Shown here one piece after another: positions 21,932 to 31,334 of a stretch of DNA of 64,000 nt (position 1 is the stretch's first letter; each line of letters opens with the position of its first letter). The notes beneath the pieces were generated by a model. That model was not told the origin of the DNA and did not search any database. It saw only the letters and a list, made by a program, of their open reading frames with translations. Made by a program: the position numbers and the translations under genes. The stretch comes from Candidatus Binatota bacterium. Lineage in GTDB: Bacteria; Desulfobacterota; Binatia; UBA1149. The stretch covers positions 38,039-102,038 of the forward strand of contig DUBO01000050.1 in the NCBI GenBank assembly GCA_012960245.1. The letters are read 5' to 3'.

Positions 21932-23443
21932 TCAGGCCGCGAAGATTCCCTGGAACTGCTCAAGCGCCGCGTCGAGCTTCGCCTTGAGATCGTCATCGAG
22001 TTCTTTTTTCTCGGCTATGGCCGGCAGCAACTCGGCATGCGAATTGTCGAGGTAACTCATCAACTCGCTCTCGTAGCGCCCCACATCCGACGGGCTGACA
22101 TCGCCCATCAATCCGTTGGTCGCCGCGTAGAGAATCACCACCTGTCGCTCGATGGGCATGGGCTCGTACTGCCCCTGCTTGAGCACTTCGACGAGCAGTT
22201 CGCCCTGGGCCAGCTGTTTCTGGGTGGCAGCGTCAAGATCTGATCCGAACTGCGCAAAGGCCGCCATCTCGCGAAACTGGGCGAGGTCGAGGCGCAGTGT
22301 CCCGGCAACTTTTTTCATCGCCTTGATCTGGGCCGCACCACCCACTCGAGAAACCGACAGGCCCACGTTCACCGCGGGGCGAACGCCTGAAAAGAACAGG
22401 TCCGACTCGAGGTATATCTGCCCGTCGGTGATCGAGATCACGTTGGTGGGAATATAAGCCGCCACGTCGCCGGCCTGGGTCTCGATGATAGGCAGGGCTG
22501 TGAGCGAACCTCCCCCCACGGAGTCATTCATCTTCGCCGCGCGTTCGAGCAGGCGCGAGTGCAGATAGAACACGTCACCCGGGTAGGCCTCGCGCCCCGG
22601 CGGCCGTCTGAGGAGCAACGACAACTGGCGATAAGCGGTGGCCTGCTTGGACAGGTCATCGTAAACGATCAGGGCGTGCTGGCCGTTGTCGCGAAAGTAT
22701 TCACCCATGGCCACGCCCGCGTAGGCCGCGAGGAACTGCAGCGGGGCCGCCTCCGACGCCGTGGCCGCGACCACTATGGTGTAGTCCATCGAGCCGTGTT
22801 TCTTGAGGCGGTCTACCACCTGCGCCACCGAAGACCGCTTCTGGCCGATGGCGACGTATATGCAAACCACGTCGCCGCCCTTCTGGTTGATGATGGTGTC
22901 TATGGCCACCGCGGTCTTGCCGGTCTGTCGGTCTCCGATGATCAGCTCGCGCTGGCCACGACCGATCGGGATCATCGAATCTACGGCCTTGATACCCGTC
23001 TGCAGTGGCTCGTTCACAGACTGCCGATCCACGATGCCAGGCGCCTTGACCTCGATGCGGCGGCTCTCGCTGCTCTCGATATCACCCAGTCCGTCTATGG
23101 GCTGGCCCAGTGCGTTGACCACCCGCCCGAGCAGGCCCTTGCCCACCGGAACCTCGGCGATACGACCGGTACGCTTTACCTCGCCGCCCTCAGAGATTTT
23201 TTCCGGGTCGCCGAACACGGCCGCGCCAACGTTGTCCTCTTCGAGGTTCAACGCCATGCCGTAAATACCACCCTCAAACTCAAGCAGTTCGCCCAGGGCG
23301 ACGCGGTCAAGTCCATGTATGCGGGCGATGCCGTCGGCGCTCGAAAGCACGCGACCGGTTTCACGGATCTCAACCTCGCGGTCAAAGTTCCGTATCTCGT
23401 CCCTGATAATATCGCTGATCTCTGATGCCCTGATCTGCATCAC
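21932..23443 (-). CDS. atpA: F0F1 ATP synthase subunit alpha
   Basis: P-loop GDRQTGKTA, and [16 protein letters not shown], typical alpha. Confidence 0.95.
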   Translation of the reverse strand: MMQIRASEISDIIRDEIRNFDREVEIRETGRVLSSADGIARIHGLDRVALGELLEFEGGIYGMALNLEEDNVGAAVFGDPEKISEGGEVKRTGRIAEVPVGKGLLGRVVNALGQPIDGLGDIESSESRRIEVKAPGIVDRQSVNEPLQTGIKAVDSMIPIGRGQRELIIGDRQTGKTAVAIDTIINQKGGDVVCIYVAIGQKRSSVAQVVDRLKKHGSMDYTIVVAATASEAAPLQFLAAYAGVAMGEYFRDNGQHALIVYDDLSKQATAYRQLSLLLRRPPGREAYPGDVFYLHSRLLERAAKMNDSVGGGSLTALPIIETQAGDVAAYIPTNVISITDGQIYLESDLFFSGVRPAVNVGLSVSRVGGAAQIKAMKKVAGTLRLDLAQFREMAAFAQFGSDLDAATQKQLAQGELLVEVLKQGQYEPMPIERQVVILYAATNGLMGDVSPSDVGRYESELMSYLDNSHAELLPAIAEKKELDDDLKAKLDAALEQFQGIFAA

Positions 23444-23538
23444 TTCTCCCTCGGGTCGTGTTGCCCGATTTCCCTGTTGTCTTTTTCAGTCATCATTTCT
23501 ACGTTCGCTCTTCTTCCGGGGTACTCGGCTAACGAAAC

Positions 23539-24090
23539 TCAGCCGTTCCCGCCCATGCTACGGGCCAACCTTCGCAAGCGCGTGCGCACGCTACCGTCAA
23601 ATACCCGTCCCTGCACTTCTACTTCGACTCCGCCCAGCAGGTCAGGATCAACCTCGAGCTCTGGCAGCACGGTACCACCGGTCCGACCACCCGCGAGATC
23701 AGCAAAACGCTGCGCGATGGAATCGAGCTCGGCTGCCGTAAGTTCGCTGGCCGACCTGACCGCGATTCTCACGCGACCCTCGACCTCGTCCTCCATGGCG
23801 CGATAACACTCATCTATAGCCGGCAATTCGGCCAGCCGGTCCTTTTTGGCGAGCAGCCTCACGAAACGCCCGATCGTTGAACCCTCGCCGGCACCCGCCA
23901 CCATGGCGGCGGCAATTCGCTGTCGTTGGGCAAGGCCCATGCGGCCAGCGGCCAGCGGATCCCCTTCCACCCCGCCCAGGCCATCGGCGAGTTGCGCCAG
24001 CTCCTGCCCGGTTTCCTGTACCCGGTTTTCTTCGTCGGCCAATGAAAACAGGGCCCGCGCGTAGCGCCGTGCTGCGGCTCCCGAAATCAC
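23539..24090 (-). CDS. atpH: F0F1 ATP synthase subunit delta (OSCP)
   Basis: MISGAAARRYARALFSLADEEN... delta/OSCP family pattern, and operon position. Confidence 0.85.
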   Translation of the reverse strand: MISGAAARRYARALFSLADEENRVQETGQELAQLADGLGGVEGDPLAAGRMGLAQRQRIAAAMVAGAGEGSTIGRFVRLLAKKDRLAELPAIDECYRAMEDEVEGRVRIAVRSASELTAAELDSIAQRFADLAGGRTGGTVLPELEVDPDLLGGVEVEVQGRVFDGSVRTRLRRLARSMGGNG

Positions 24091-24734
24091 TGGAGGCTGT
24101 TCTCCCCGGTCGTCTTCTCAGCCGCCGATACTTCCTTGAGAAACTCTTCGATCAAGCGGCTGCGATCGGCGTCGCCGAGTTTACTGGCCAGTGTTGTAGA
24201 GGCCAGCTCAGCAGCGAGCCGAGCGGCCTCGGCACGCAAGTCGGCACGCGCTGTCTCGTAGTCACTTTGCGCGGTGCGACCGGCCTCGGTAAGCATGCGC
24301 TCGGCAGCTTCACGCGCGGCAATGAGCAATCGCTTGCCGTCGGCCTCGGCCATCGCCCTGAGTTCGGCCGTTAGTTCTTCGCGCGCCTGGTCAAGACCCG
24401 CTAGTTTTTCCTTGTACTCGGCCTGAACACGCTCGGCCTCTTCTTTTGCCCGCGCGGCGGCCGACATGGCTTCCACGAGTTCCTTGCGACGAGAGGTGAG
24501 AAAATCGCGCAGCGGCGCCGAAGTGAAACGGTGGAACAGGAAAACGAACAGGCAGAAGTTGAATACCGAAGCACCCAAATTGAACCAGTCTCCACTGCTG
24601 AGATGATGCTCGCTGGCGTGACCGGCATCGCCGGCTGCCAGAGCAAACCCGGCGCCCGCGAGAACAGCCAACAGCGTGGCGGCGGCCGAAAAAACTCCGT
24701 GACGGGCAAACCGGGCTGCGCTGGGGTCGGTCAC
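24087..24734 (-). CDS. atpF: F0F1 ATP synthase subunit b
   Basis: N-terminal TM followed by a long charged coiled coil. Overlaps the atpH start. Operon position. Confidence 0.8.
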   Translation of the reverse strand: MTDPSAARFARHGVFSAAATLLAVLAGAGFALAAGDAGHASEHHLSSGDWFNLGASVFNFCLFVFLFHRFTSAPLRDFLTSRRKELVEAMSAAARAKEEAERVQAEYKEKLAGLDQAREELTAELRAMAEADGKRLLIAAREAAERMLTEAGRTAQSDYETARADLRAEAARLAAELASTTLASKLGDADRSRLIEEFLKEVSAAEKTTGENSLQ

Positions 24735-25159
24735 GATTGCCCACCGAGGACGGCCTTGACCATCGCGTCTGCCATCTCTTCTGATTGTGCCTTCAAGCTG
24801 CTGCGCGCCTCGTCGCGACTCTGCCAGACTTCCTTCCTGAGTGCGGCCAGGTTGTTGGCGGCCTCTTCCCGGGCTTTCTCAAGAATCACGGCCTCGTCTG
24901 CGCGCGCCTGGCTCCTGACTTCTTCGGCAGCCACCTGGGCCTGGGCCCTGCTGGCCTTGAGCTCCTTCTCGTAACGCTCGTTCATCTGCTGGGCTTCTTC
25001 GCGACCGCTGGCGGCAAGGTCCTGGTCGCCGGCCGTGCGCTGTTCGCGCTCCTCGAGCAGCTGCCCGAAAGGCTTAAACAACAGGCGATTGAGCAGGTAA
25101 GCGAGTACAAAAAAGCTTACCAGCTGAATGATAAAGGGAGCTTGCAGTTCGAAATTCAT
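24731..25159 (-). CDS. atpF2: F0F1 ATP synthase subunit b' (second b-type subunit)
   Basis: MNFELQAPFIIQLVSFFVLAYLLNRLLFKPF..., then a coiled coil. The b/b' pair is typical of alpha/delta-proteobacterial and photosynthetic-type operons. Confidence 0.8.
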   Translation of the reverse strand: MNFELQAPFIIQLVSFFVLAYLLNRLLFKPFGQLLEEREQRTAGDQDLAASGREEAQQMNERYEKELKASRAQAQVAAEEVRSQARADEAVILEKAREEAANNLAALRKEVWQSRDEARSSLKAQSEEMADAMVKAVLGGQS

Positions 25160-25354
25160 CTATCGAACGGTCCAGTAAAAAGGTCCTGTCTCAAGGTCAC
25201 AGCGCAGTGGAGGTAACCACGCGGATAACCGGTTTGTAGATCAAAGCGGGCCTTTCCGGCGCCCAACGCGCCGGAGCCTCTCGGCCTAACCTTGCTTGGC
25301 TAACACCGCCCGAAGAGCTTGTCAAAACTGTTCCCGGGCGAAGACCCGACAGGG

Positions 25355-26335
25355 TCAGGCCAGCAGCCGATCGGCCAGCCCGCTAAGCTCTTCTTCCGAG
25401 TAGAACTCGATCTCCACGCGACCGCCTTTACCCTTACGACGCACCCGCACGCGCGTGGAAAGTGCACGCCCGAGCTGCTCCTCCAGCCCACTTGTTTCGA
25501 GATCCGCAGAGCCGGCCTTCGAGCCAGTCTGCTCCCCATCATCGGTGGCGCTGCCAGCTTGGGAATCGATGATACGGCGCACTTCTTTCTCTGTCTGCCT
25601 GACCGACAGACCCCGTTTGCACACTCTCTTTGCGGACTTTATCTGCAAGGCAGCCGTCGGCAGCGCAAGCAACGCGCGGGCGTGGCCCTCGCTCAACTCC
25701 GAGCTCTCGAGCAGTTCTTTGACCGGCGCCGGCAAGCCATTCAAGCGCAGCGAGTTGGCAACGCTTGCACGCGACTTACCCACCCGCCTGGCGACATCCT
25801 CCTGGGTGTAGCCGTATTCGTTGACCAGTCGCCGATAGGCCGAAGCCTCTTCCAGGGGTGAGAGATCCTGCCTCTGTATGTTCTCAACCAGCGCAAGTTC
25901 GACCAGCTCGCCCTCGGAAACCTCTTCGCGCACGATAACCGGCACCTGCTGCAGGCCAGCCAGTGTGGCCGCACGCAGACGACGTTCGCCGGCTATGACC
26001 TCGTAACCACCCTTGCTGCGAGTAACAACCAGCGGCTGTATGATGCCGTTCTGCTTGATCGAATCCGCAAGCTCGCGCATCGGCTGCTCATCAAAGTTGC
26101 GCCTCGGCTGACCGCGGCCCGCCCAGATGCGCTCCACGTCCACGAGGCCCTGGCCCTTGGGCCAGCTCGGCAGGCCACCCGCAGCCTGGCCTTCGACAGC
26201 CTGGCCACCAGCTCCCGGCTTTACTTCTGTCCGCGCAGAGCTTTCCGAAGAAGCATCGTCGGGGCCGGCTTCGCTGGCAGTGGCCGCCCCGAATATCGCG
26301 TCAAGCCCTTTGCCCAGTGCTTGTCTCCTGCTCAC
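25355..26335 (-). CDS. parB: chromosome partitioning protein ParB (Spo0J)
   Basis: GIIQPLVVTRSKGGYEVIAGERRLRAATLAGLQQVPVIVREEV...ENIQRQDLSPLEEA...GYTQEDVARRVGKSRASVANSLRL. ParB box and HTH. Confidence 0.9.
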   Translation of the reverse strand: MSRRQALGKGLDAIFGAATASEAGPDDASSESSARTEVKPGAGGQAVEGQAAGGLPSWPKGQGLVDVERIWAGRGQPRRNFDEQPMRELADSIKQNGIIQPLVVTRSKGGYEVIAGERRLRAATLAGLQQVPVIVREEVSEGELVELALVENIQRQDLSPLEEASAYRRLVNEYGYTQEDVARRVGKSRASVANSLRLNGLPAPVKELLESSELSEGHARALLALPTAALQIKSAKRVCKRGLSVRQTEKEVRRIIDSQAGSATDDGEQTGSKAGSADLETSGLEEQLGRALSTRVRVRRKGKGGRVEIEFYSEEELSGLADRLLA

Positions 26336-27131
26336 TATGCCCTCCTGCCCGACTCTCCGACGAGCTTGTTCTTAATATTTTCGTCAGCAATTCTTCGCCT
26401 GCCGCGCGGTAGGCTTCGGCCCCCTTTGACGCCGGGTCGTACAACAGCACCGGCAAGCCGTGCGAAGGGCTCTCACTTATTCGGACGTTGCGCGGGATGA
26501 CCGTGCTCAACACAAGGCTCTGAAAATGTTTCCTTACCTGTTCAGCCACCTGGCGGCTGAGTGTGGTCCGACTATCAAACATTGTCAGCAGTATGCCGTC
26601 GACCACCAGCGCTGGGTTGAAAGCGCCGCGTATGCGCTCCACCGTGTCGAGCAGGCCTGTGAGCCCCTCAAGTGCGTAGTACTCGCACTGCAGCGGGATG
26701 AGCACCGAGTCAGCTGCCGACAACGCGTTGACGGTAATCATCCCCAGCGAAGGCGGGCAGTCTATAAGAACGCATTCATAGCCAGACCGCACTTCCTCAA
26801 GCTTTTCACGCAGGCGGTACTCCCTGGCCTCTTCGCTGACAAGTTCAAGCTCAGCCCCCGCAAGGCTGCGGTCAGCAGGAATTACGTCGAGTTCGGCGAG
26901 CTCGGTGGTGCATAGGGCCGATGAAGCCGGCGTGTCGTTAACGAGTACGTCATAGACCGTAACCCCGCTACTGCTGTTGGCTCCGACCCCGCTTGAAGCG
27001 CTGCCCTGGGAATCAAGATCGACGAGTAGCGTACGGTGACCGGTCAAGGCCAACGCCGCAGCCATATTGACGGCGGTCGTAGTTTTACCCACACCACCTT
27101 TTTGATTTGCTACTGCTACTATGCGCCCCAT
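26301..27131 (-). CDS. parA: chromosome partitioning ATPase ParA (Soj)
   Basis: MGRIVAVANQKGGVGKTTTAVNMAAALA... deviant Walker A. Start at the internal ATG. The ORF track extends to 27212. Confidence 0.9.
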   Translation of the reverse strand: MGRIVAVANQKGGVGKTTTAVNMAAALALTGHRTLLVDLDSQGSASSGVGANSSSGVTVYDVLVNDTPASSALCTTELAELDVIPADRSLAGAELELVSEEAREYRLREKLEEVRSGYECVLIDCPPSLGMITVNALSAADSVLIPLQCEYYALEGLTGLLDTVERIRGAFNPALVVDGILLTMFDSRTTLSRQVAEQVRKHFQSLVLSTVIPRNVRISESPSHGLPVLLYDPASKGAEAYRAAGEELLTKILRTSSSESRAGGHSEQETSTGQRA

Positions 27132-27270
27132 CGACCCATCCGCCCTTCTCCCCTTGGAATTATCACGCCAGAAGCCTGATTGCGAGCCTTCTGGGCACAG
27201 CGGCGGGCACATTCGGCAATACAGGCCGCCCTATACGGATCGAAGGACCGGATTAATTCCGGCTGAGAAT

Positions 27271-27286
27271 TGTTTCACGTGAAACA
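27271..27286. promoter_or_regulatory. parS centromere site (perfect TGTTTCACGTGAAACA)
   Basis: Exact 16-bp palindrome matching the canonical parS consensus tGTTnCACGTGAAAca. Lies between parA and rsmG. Confidence 0.85.
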
Positions 27287-27353
27287 TCTACCGGAACCAA
27301 AGCACCACTGAGGCGGACTTGTGAAACGATCTGCCACGGGCTGAGCGGGAAAT

Positions 27354-27369
27354 TGTTTCACGTGAAACA
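27354..27369. promoter_or_regulatory. parS centromere site (second perfect copy)
   Basis: Identical TGTTTCACGTGAAACA, 83 bp from the first. A half-site gtgaaacg sits at about 27321. Confidence 0.85.
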
Positions 27370-27382
27370 ATCTGGCGACTGT

Positions 27383-28021
27383 TCAGCCCTGGCTGTCGTC
27401 GTGCAGCCGATAAACGAAGAGCCGGCGGCCACCGGCCCACCCTAGATCGTAATCCTTCTGCCGCTCAAACTGCAGGCCACCGTGCCCGGGGTCGGGCTGA
27501 GCCGCAGTGCCGCCGGCCATGACCAGCAGGCGCCCCCCATCGCGAAGCAAACCCGCCCCCGTCTCCATGAAACGATGCGGGGCCTGAAAAGCCCGCGACA
27601 CCACGGCGTCAAAACACCGGTCCCGGACCTCAGGGGATTCGACGTCCTCGTTGATTACGCTGCAGTCGGTCAGCTCACAGCATCTGACCACCTGTTCCAG
27701 AAAGCCGGCCCGCTTGCGGCGTTTCTCAACCAGGGTTACACGCACGCCCGGCATAACCACCGCCAGGGGCACACCAGGCAAGCCCGCGCCGCTTCCGAGG
27801 TCAACAATGTCGCTGCAGCCCGAAAGGCAGTCTACCAGGGCCAACGAATCAAGCAGCTGGGCTTCTACCGCATGTTCTCGGGGGATAGCTGTAAGCCGCT
27901 GGACCCGGTTCCAACGGTAAAGCTCGTCGAGATAATCTATCAACCTGAGCGCGAGCTCGTCGTCCAGCGCCAGCCCCAACGAGGCTGCTCCAGCCTGCAG
28001 CCTGGAGAGCTCGCCTTTCAT
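27383..28021 (-). CDS. rsmG: 16S rRNA (guanine527-N7)-methyltransferase RsmG (GidB)
   Basis: LDDELALRLIDYLDELYRWNRVQRLTAIPREHAVEAQLLDSLALV...DLGSGAGLPGVPLAVV, matching the RsmG family. Confidence 0.85.
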   Translation of the reverse strand: MKGELSRLQAGAASLGLALDDELALRLIDYLDELYRWNRVQRLTAIPREHAVEAQLLDSLALVDCLSGCSDIVDLGSGAGLPGVPLAVVMPGVRVTLVEKRRKRAGFLEQVVRCCELTDCSVINEDVESPEVRDRCFDAVVSRAFQAPHRFMETGAGLLRDGGRLLVMAGGTAAQPDPGHGGLQFERQKDYDLGWAGGRRLFVYRLHDDSQG

Positions 28022-29907
28022 GCACTGCGCTTTTTGAGATGAATCGCGATGGCCGAGACCGAAGCCGGTGTCAGGCCACTTACCCGGGAGACCTGGCCCA
28101 GTGAAGTAGGCCTTATACGCCCCAGTTTCTCCCGGGCCTCGGCCGACAAGCCCTCGACGGCCTGATAATCAAAATCCTCGGCCAGGGAGGTCCCCTCAAG
28201 CTTTTTCATTCGTTGAACTTCTTCGCGCTGGCGGCCGAGGTAGCCATCGTAGGCGGCCTCGGTCTGCACCAGGGCTGCCAGGTCAGGCTCAACGCGGGGT
28301 AGGGCGGTCAAGCCAGCCCGTTCAACGAGGCGGCCCAGAAGCTGGTAGTCAACCGCCGGCCGCCTCAGCATCTCCCAGCAACTCGTAGAGCCGGTAGGCA
28401 CCGCTACCCCCGCTTCGCCAAGACCGGCACGAAGCGCGCCATCTGGATTGAGCCGGGTTGACTTCAGGGCCGAGGTGACCCGGCGCAAGCCGCTCTCCCT
28501 GCGCTCAAGCGAGGCCAGCCGCTTGTCACTCAGGACGCCGATCGATCGCGCGTGGGCAGCCAGCCTCAGGTCGGCATTGTCCTCTCTGAGCAGCAATCGA
28601 TACTCAGCCCTCGAAGTGAACATACGATAGGGTTCGCCCTCAACACCGCGGGTAACGAGATCGTCTATCATCACGCCAATGTATGCCTCATCACGACCCA
28701 GCAGCAGGGCATCGCTACCGGACAACAAGCGCACGGCATTTATACCTGCGATGAGGCCCTGGGCCGCCGCCTCTTCATAGCCGGTGGTTCCGTTGATCTG
28801 ACCGGCCAGGAACAGGCCACCCAGCACCCGGGTCTCTAAGGACGGACCGAGCTGGGTAGGCTCCACGTAGTCGTACTCTATGGCGTATCCCGGCCTCACG
28901 ATGATGGCCTGCTCCAGCCCCTCGATGCTGCGCACGAACTGTTCCTGCACCTCCAGCGGCAAGGCGGTCGACAGGCCGTTGGGATAGACCTCATCGCTGT
29001 CCAGGCCTTCGGGTTCAAGAAAGATCCGATGAGTATCCCGCTCAGGAAAGCGTACGACCTTGTCCTCCAGGGCCGGGCAGTAGCGGGGACCGCCGCAGTC
29101 TATCGTGCCGTTGTACATTGGCGATTTCTGAAGGTTATCGCTTATGATGCGATGCGTCATCGGGTTGGTCGCGGTAAGGTAGCAGCTCAACTGCTTCAGA
29201 GGAGGGACGATGTCGTCAAAAGAAAAAGTCGGCATGTCCGGGTCGCCCGGCTGCTCGACCAAACGATCCCAGGCTATGCTGCGTGCCGACAGCCGCGGGC
29301 AGGTACCCGTCTTCAACCTTCCCGTGAGCAGGCCGACATCGCGCAACGAAGCGCTCAGCCCGTGCGAGGCCCGGTCGCCAGCCCGACCACCACTGCTCTG
29401 CCTGTGGCCTTCGCGGATCAACCCCTCGAGAAAAGTACCCGTGGTAACGATCACAGCAGGCGCAAAGTAAGCTTGTCCGTCGCCGCTCAGCACGCCCCGC
29501 ACCCGACCAGCATCGTGCAGCAGTTCGGTGACCTCGCCTTCAAGCAGGGTAAGCCCTTGCGTGTCGCGGGCCACCTGCGTCATACGGCGACTGTAGAGCA
29601 GCTTGTCGGCCTGGGCGCGGGTGGCCTGCACCGCTGGGCCCTTACGCGTGTTCAAGCGCCGGAACTGTATGCCACACTCGTCAATGGCACGGCCCATTTC
29701 GCCACCGAGGGCATCGATCTCGCGCACCAGGTGGCCCTTGCCTATGCCGCCAATCGCCGGATTACATGACATGCGCGCAAGTCGGTCCGAGTCCATGGTC
29801 ACGAGCAGCGTGCGACAACCCGAACGCGCTGCCAGCAGCGCGGCTTCCATGCCGGCGTGACCTGCGCCGATGACGATTACGTCATAATCTGTATCCATGC
29901 TTCCCAT
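28018..29907 (-). CDS. mnmG: tRNA uridine-5-carboxymethylaminomethyl modification enzyme MnmG (GidA)
   Basis: MDTDYDVIVIGAGHAGMEAALLAARSGCRTLLVTMDSDRLARMSCNPAIGGIGKGHLVREIDALGG. Confidence 0.95.
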   Translation of the reverse strand: MGSMDTDYDVIVIGAGHAGMEAALLAARSGCRTLLVTMDSDRLARMSCNPAIGGIGKGHLVREIDALGGEMGRAIDECGIQFRRLNTRKGPAVQATRAQADKLLYSRRMTQVARDTQGLTLLEGEVTELLHDAGRVRGVLSGDGQAYFAPAVIVTTGTFLEGLIREGHRQSSGGRAGDRASHGLSASLRDVGLLTGRLKTGTCPRLSARSIAWDRLVEQPGDPDMPTFSFDDIVPPLKQLSCYLTATNPMTHRIISDNLQKSPMYNGTIDCGGPRYCPALEDKVVRFPERDTHRIFLEPEGLDSDEVYPNGLSTALPLEVQEQFVRSIEGLEQAIIVRPGYAIEYDYVEPTQLGPSLETRVLGGLFLAGQINGTTGYEEAAAQGLIAGINAVRLLSGSDALLLGRDEAYIGVMIDDLVTRGVEGEPYRMFTSRAEYRLLLREDNADLRLAAHARSIGVLSDKRLASLERRESGLRRVTSALKSTRLNPDGALRAGLGEAGVAVPTGSTSCWEMLRRPAVDYQLLGRLVERAGLTALPRVEPDLAALVQTEAAYDGYLGRQREEVQRMKKLEGTSLAEDFDYQAVEGLSAEAREKLGRIRPTSLGQVSRVSGLTPASVSAIAIHLKKRSA

Positions 29908-29927
29908 TGTCTCAGCCGCCGGCTCTC

Positions 29928-31319
29928 TTACTTGCCCACGCAGAACTCAGAAAATATCACGTCCAGGATATCTTCGTTATCCAGAACCTCGGTAAGCGCC
30001 GACAGTCCTTCGAGCCCCTGCCGTAGCTCAAAGGCGATCAACTCGCTACCGGCCCGGTCGCGCAACAGGCCACTGGCCTGCTGCAATGCGAGCGCAGCCT
30101 TTTCAAGCGAAACGCGGTGCCGCTCCCTGCCCATGAAGGCAGGTTGCCCGGGCTCGCCCAGTACGCTGTTGAGCTTGTCGCGAACGGCCTCGGCCAGCTG
30201 TTCACAGCCTTCGCCCGACAGCGCCGATACCCCGAGCACCGGGGCACCATCAGCGGCCTGCGACAGGCGCATACTGTCCAGCGAGCAACCGAGATCGAGC
30301 TTGTTGAGTAACAACAGGTCGGCTCCAACAGCAAGCTCAATATTGGCCTCGAGCAGTTCAGGCCGCGAACCGTCCACCACCAACACGCGCAGGTCGGCCT
30401 CCTGCATGGCCTGCCGACTACGCTCGGTAGCGGCACGGTCCAGATCGGTCATGTTCGCTCTCGTGTCTCCGACCAGGTGCTCCCCCAGGCCGGCGGTGTC
30501 GGTCATCACCAGCGCCAGCCCAGCAAGATCGACGGTCTCCTGTACGCAATCACGGGTGGTTCCGGGTTCGCTTGAGACGAGCACCCTGCCGTGCCCGAGC
30601 AGGGTGTTGAAGAGACTCGACTTACCGGCATTGGGCAAGCCGTAGAGCACCAGTCGACAGCCCTCGCGCAGGCGACGGCCGAGGGTGAAAGAGTCGAGCA
30701 AAGAGGCCACTTCGGATTGCAGACCAGCCAACGCCAGCAGCGACGCCTCCGGATCGGGTTCTCCTATTTCCTCTTCGCTGAAATCAACGTCGGCTTCCGC
30801 CGCTGCGAGCAGCCCGCACAACTGCTGCCTGAGCGAAGCCAGCCTGGTCGACAGACCGCCCTGCAGCTGCTCCCAGGCGGCTTCGGCGGCTAGCCCGGCA
30901 GGTGCGTTTATGAGATCGATCAAGGCCTCGGCCTGGCTCAGGTCCATGCGGCCGTTGAGCACCGCCCGGCGCGTGAACTCGCCCCTGTCGGCAGGCCTGG
31001 CGCCGGCTGCATGAACCGCGCCCATGATCCTCTCTACCACCACGGGCGAACCGTGGCACTGGATCTCCAGGCAGTCTTCGCCGGTAAAACTACGGGGGCC
31101 TGGCATCACCACGCACAACACCTCATCAATCGGGCGTTCGCTGACGGGGTCGACCGCGGTGCCGTGACTGAGCTTCCAGGGCTCGAGGGGCCGATCGGGG
31201 GACGGTCGAAAAACCGCCGCGGCTATGGCCGGTACCAGCGCCCCGCTGACCCTCACGACGGCTATCGCCGCTGTCCCGGCGGCCGTCGCGCAGGCAGCAA
31301 TCGTATCGGTCTTGTACAA
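29928..31319 (-). CDS. mnmE: tRNA modification GTPase MnmE (TrmE)
   Basis: G-domain GLPNAGKSSLFNTLLGHGRVLVSSEPGTTRD and C-terminal CVGK. Confidence 0.9.
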   Translation of the reverse strand: MYKTDTIAACATAAGTAAIAVVRVSGALVPAIAAAVFRPSPDRPLEPWKLSHGTAVDPVSERPIDEVLCVVMPGPRSFTGEDCLEIQCHGSPVVVERIMGAVHAAGARPADRGEFTRRAVLNGRMDLSQAEALIDLINAPAGLAAEAAWEQLQGGLSTRLASLRQQLCGLLAAAEADVDFSEEEIGEPDPEASLLALAGLQSEVASLLDSFTLGRRLREGCRLVLYGLPNAGKSSLFNTLLGHGRVLVSSEPGTTRDCVQETVDLAGLALVMTDTAGLGEHLVGDTRANMTDLDRAATERSRQAMQEADLRVLVVDGSRPELLEANIELAVGADLLLLNKLDLGCSLDSMRLSQAADGAPVLGVSALSGEGCEQLAEAVRDKLNSVLGEPGQPAFMGRERHRVSLEKAALALQQASGLLRDRAGSELIAFELRQGLEGLSALTEVLDNEDILDVIFSEFCVGK

Positions 31320-31334
31320 GGGCGTCGCCCCCGC

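Noticed and set aside
25230-25250. Palindrome ccggcgcccaacgcgccgg between parB and atpF' as a terminator
   Set aside because: A perfect 7-bp stem, but no U-tract on either strand. At most this is a weak, factor-dependent terminator or protein site.
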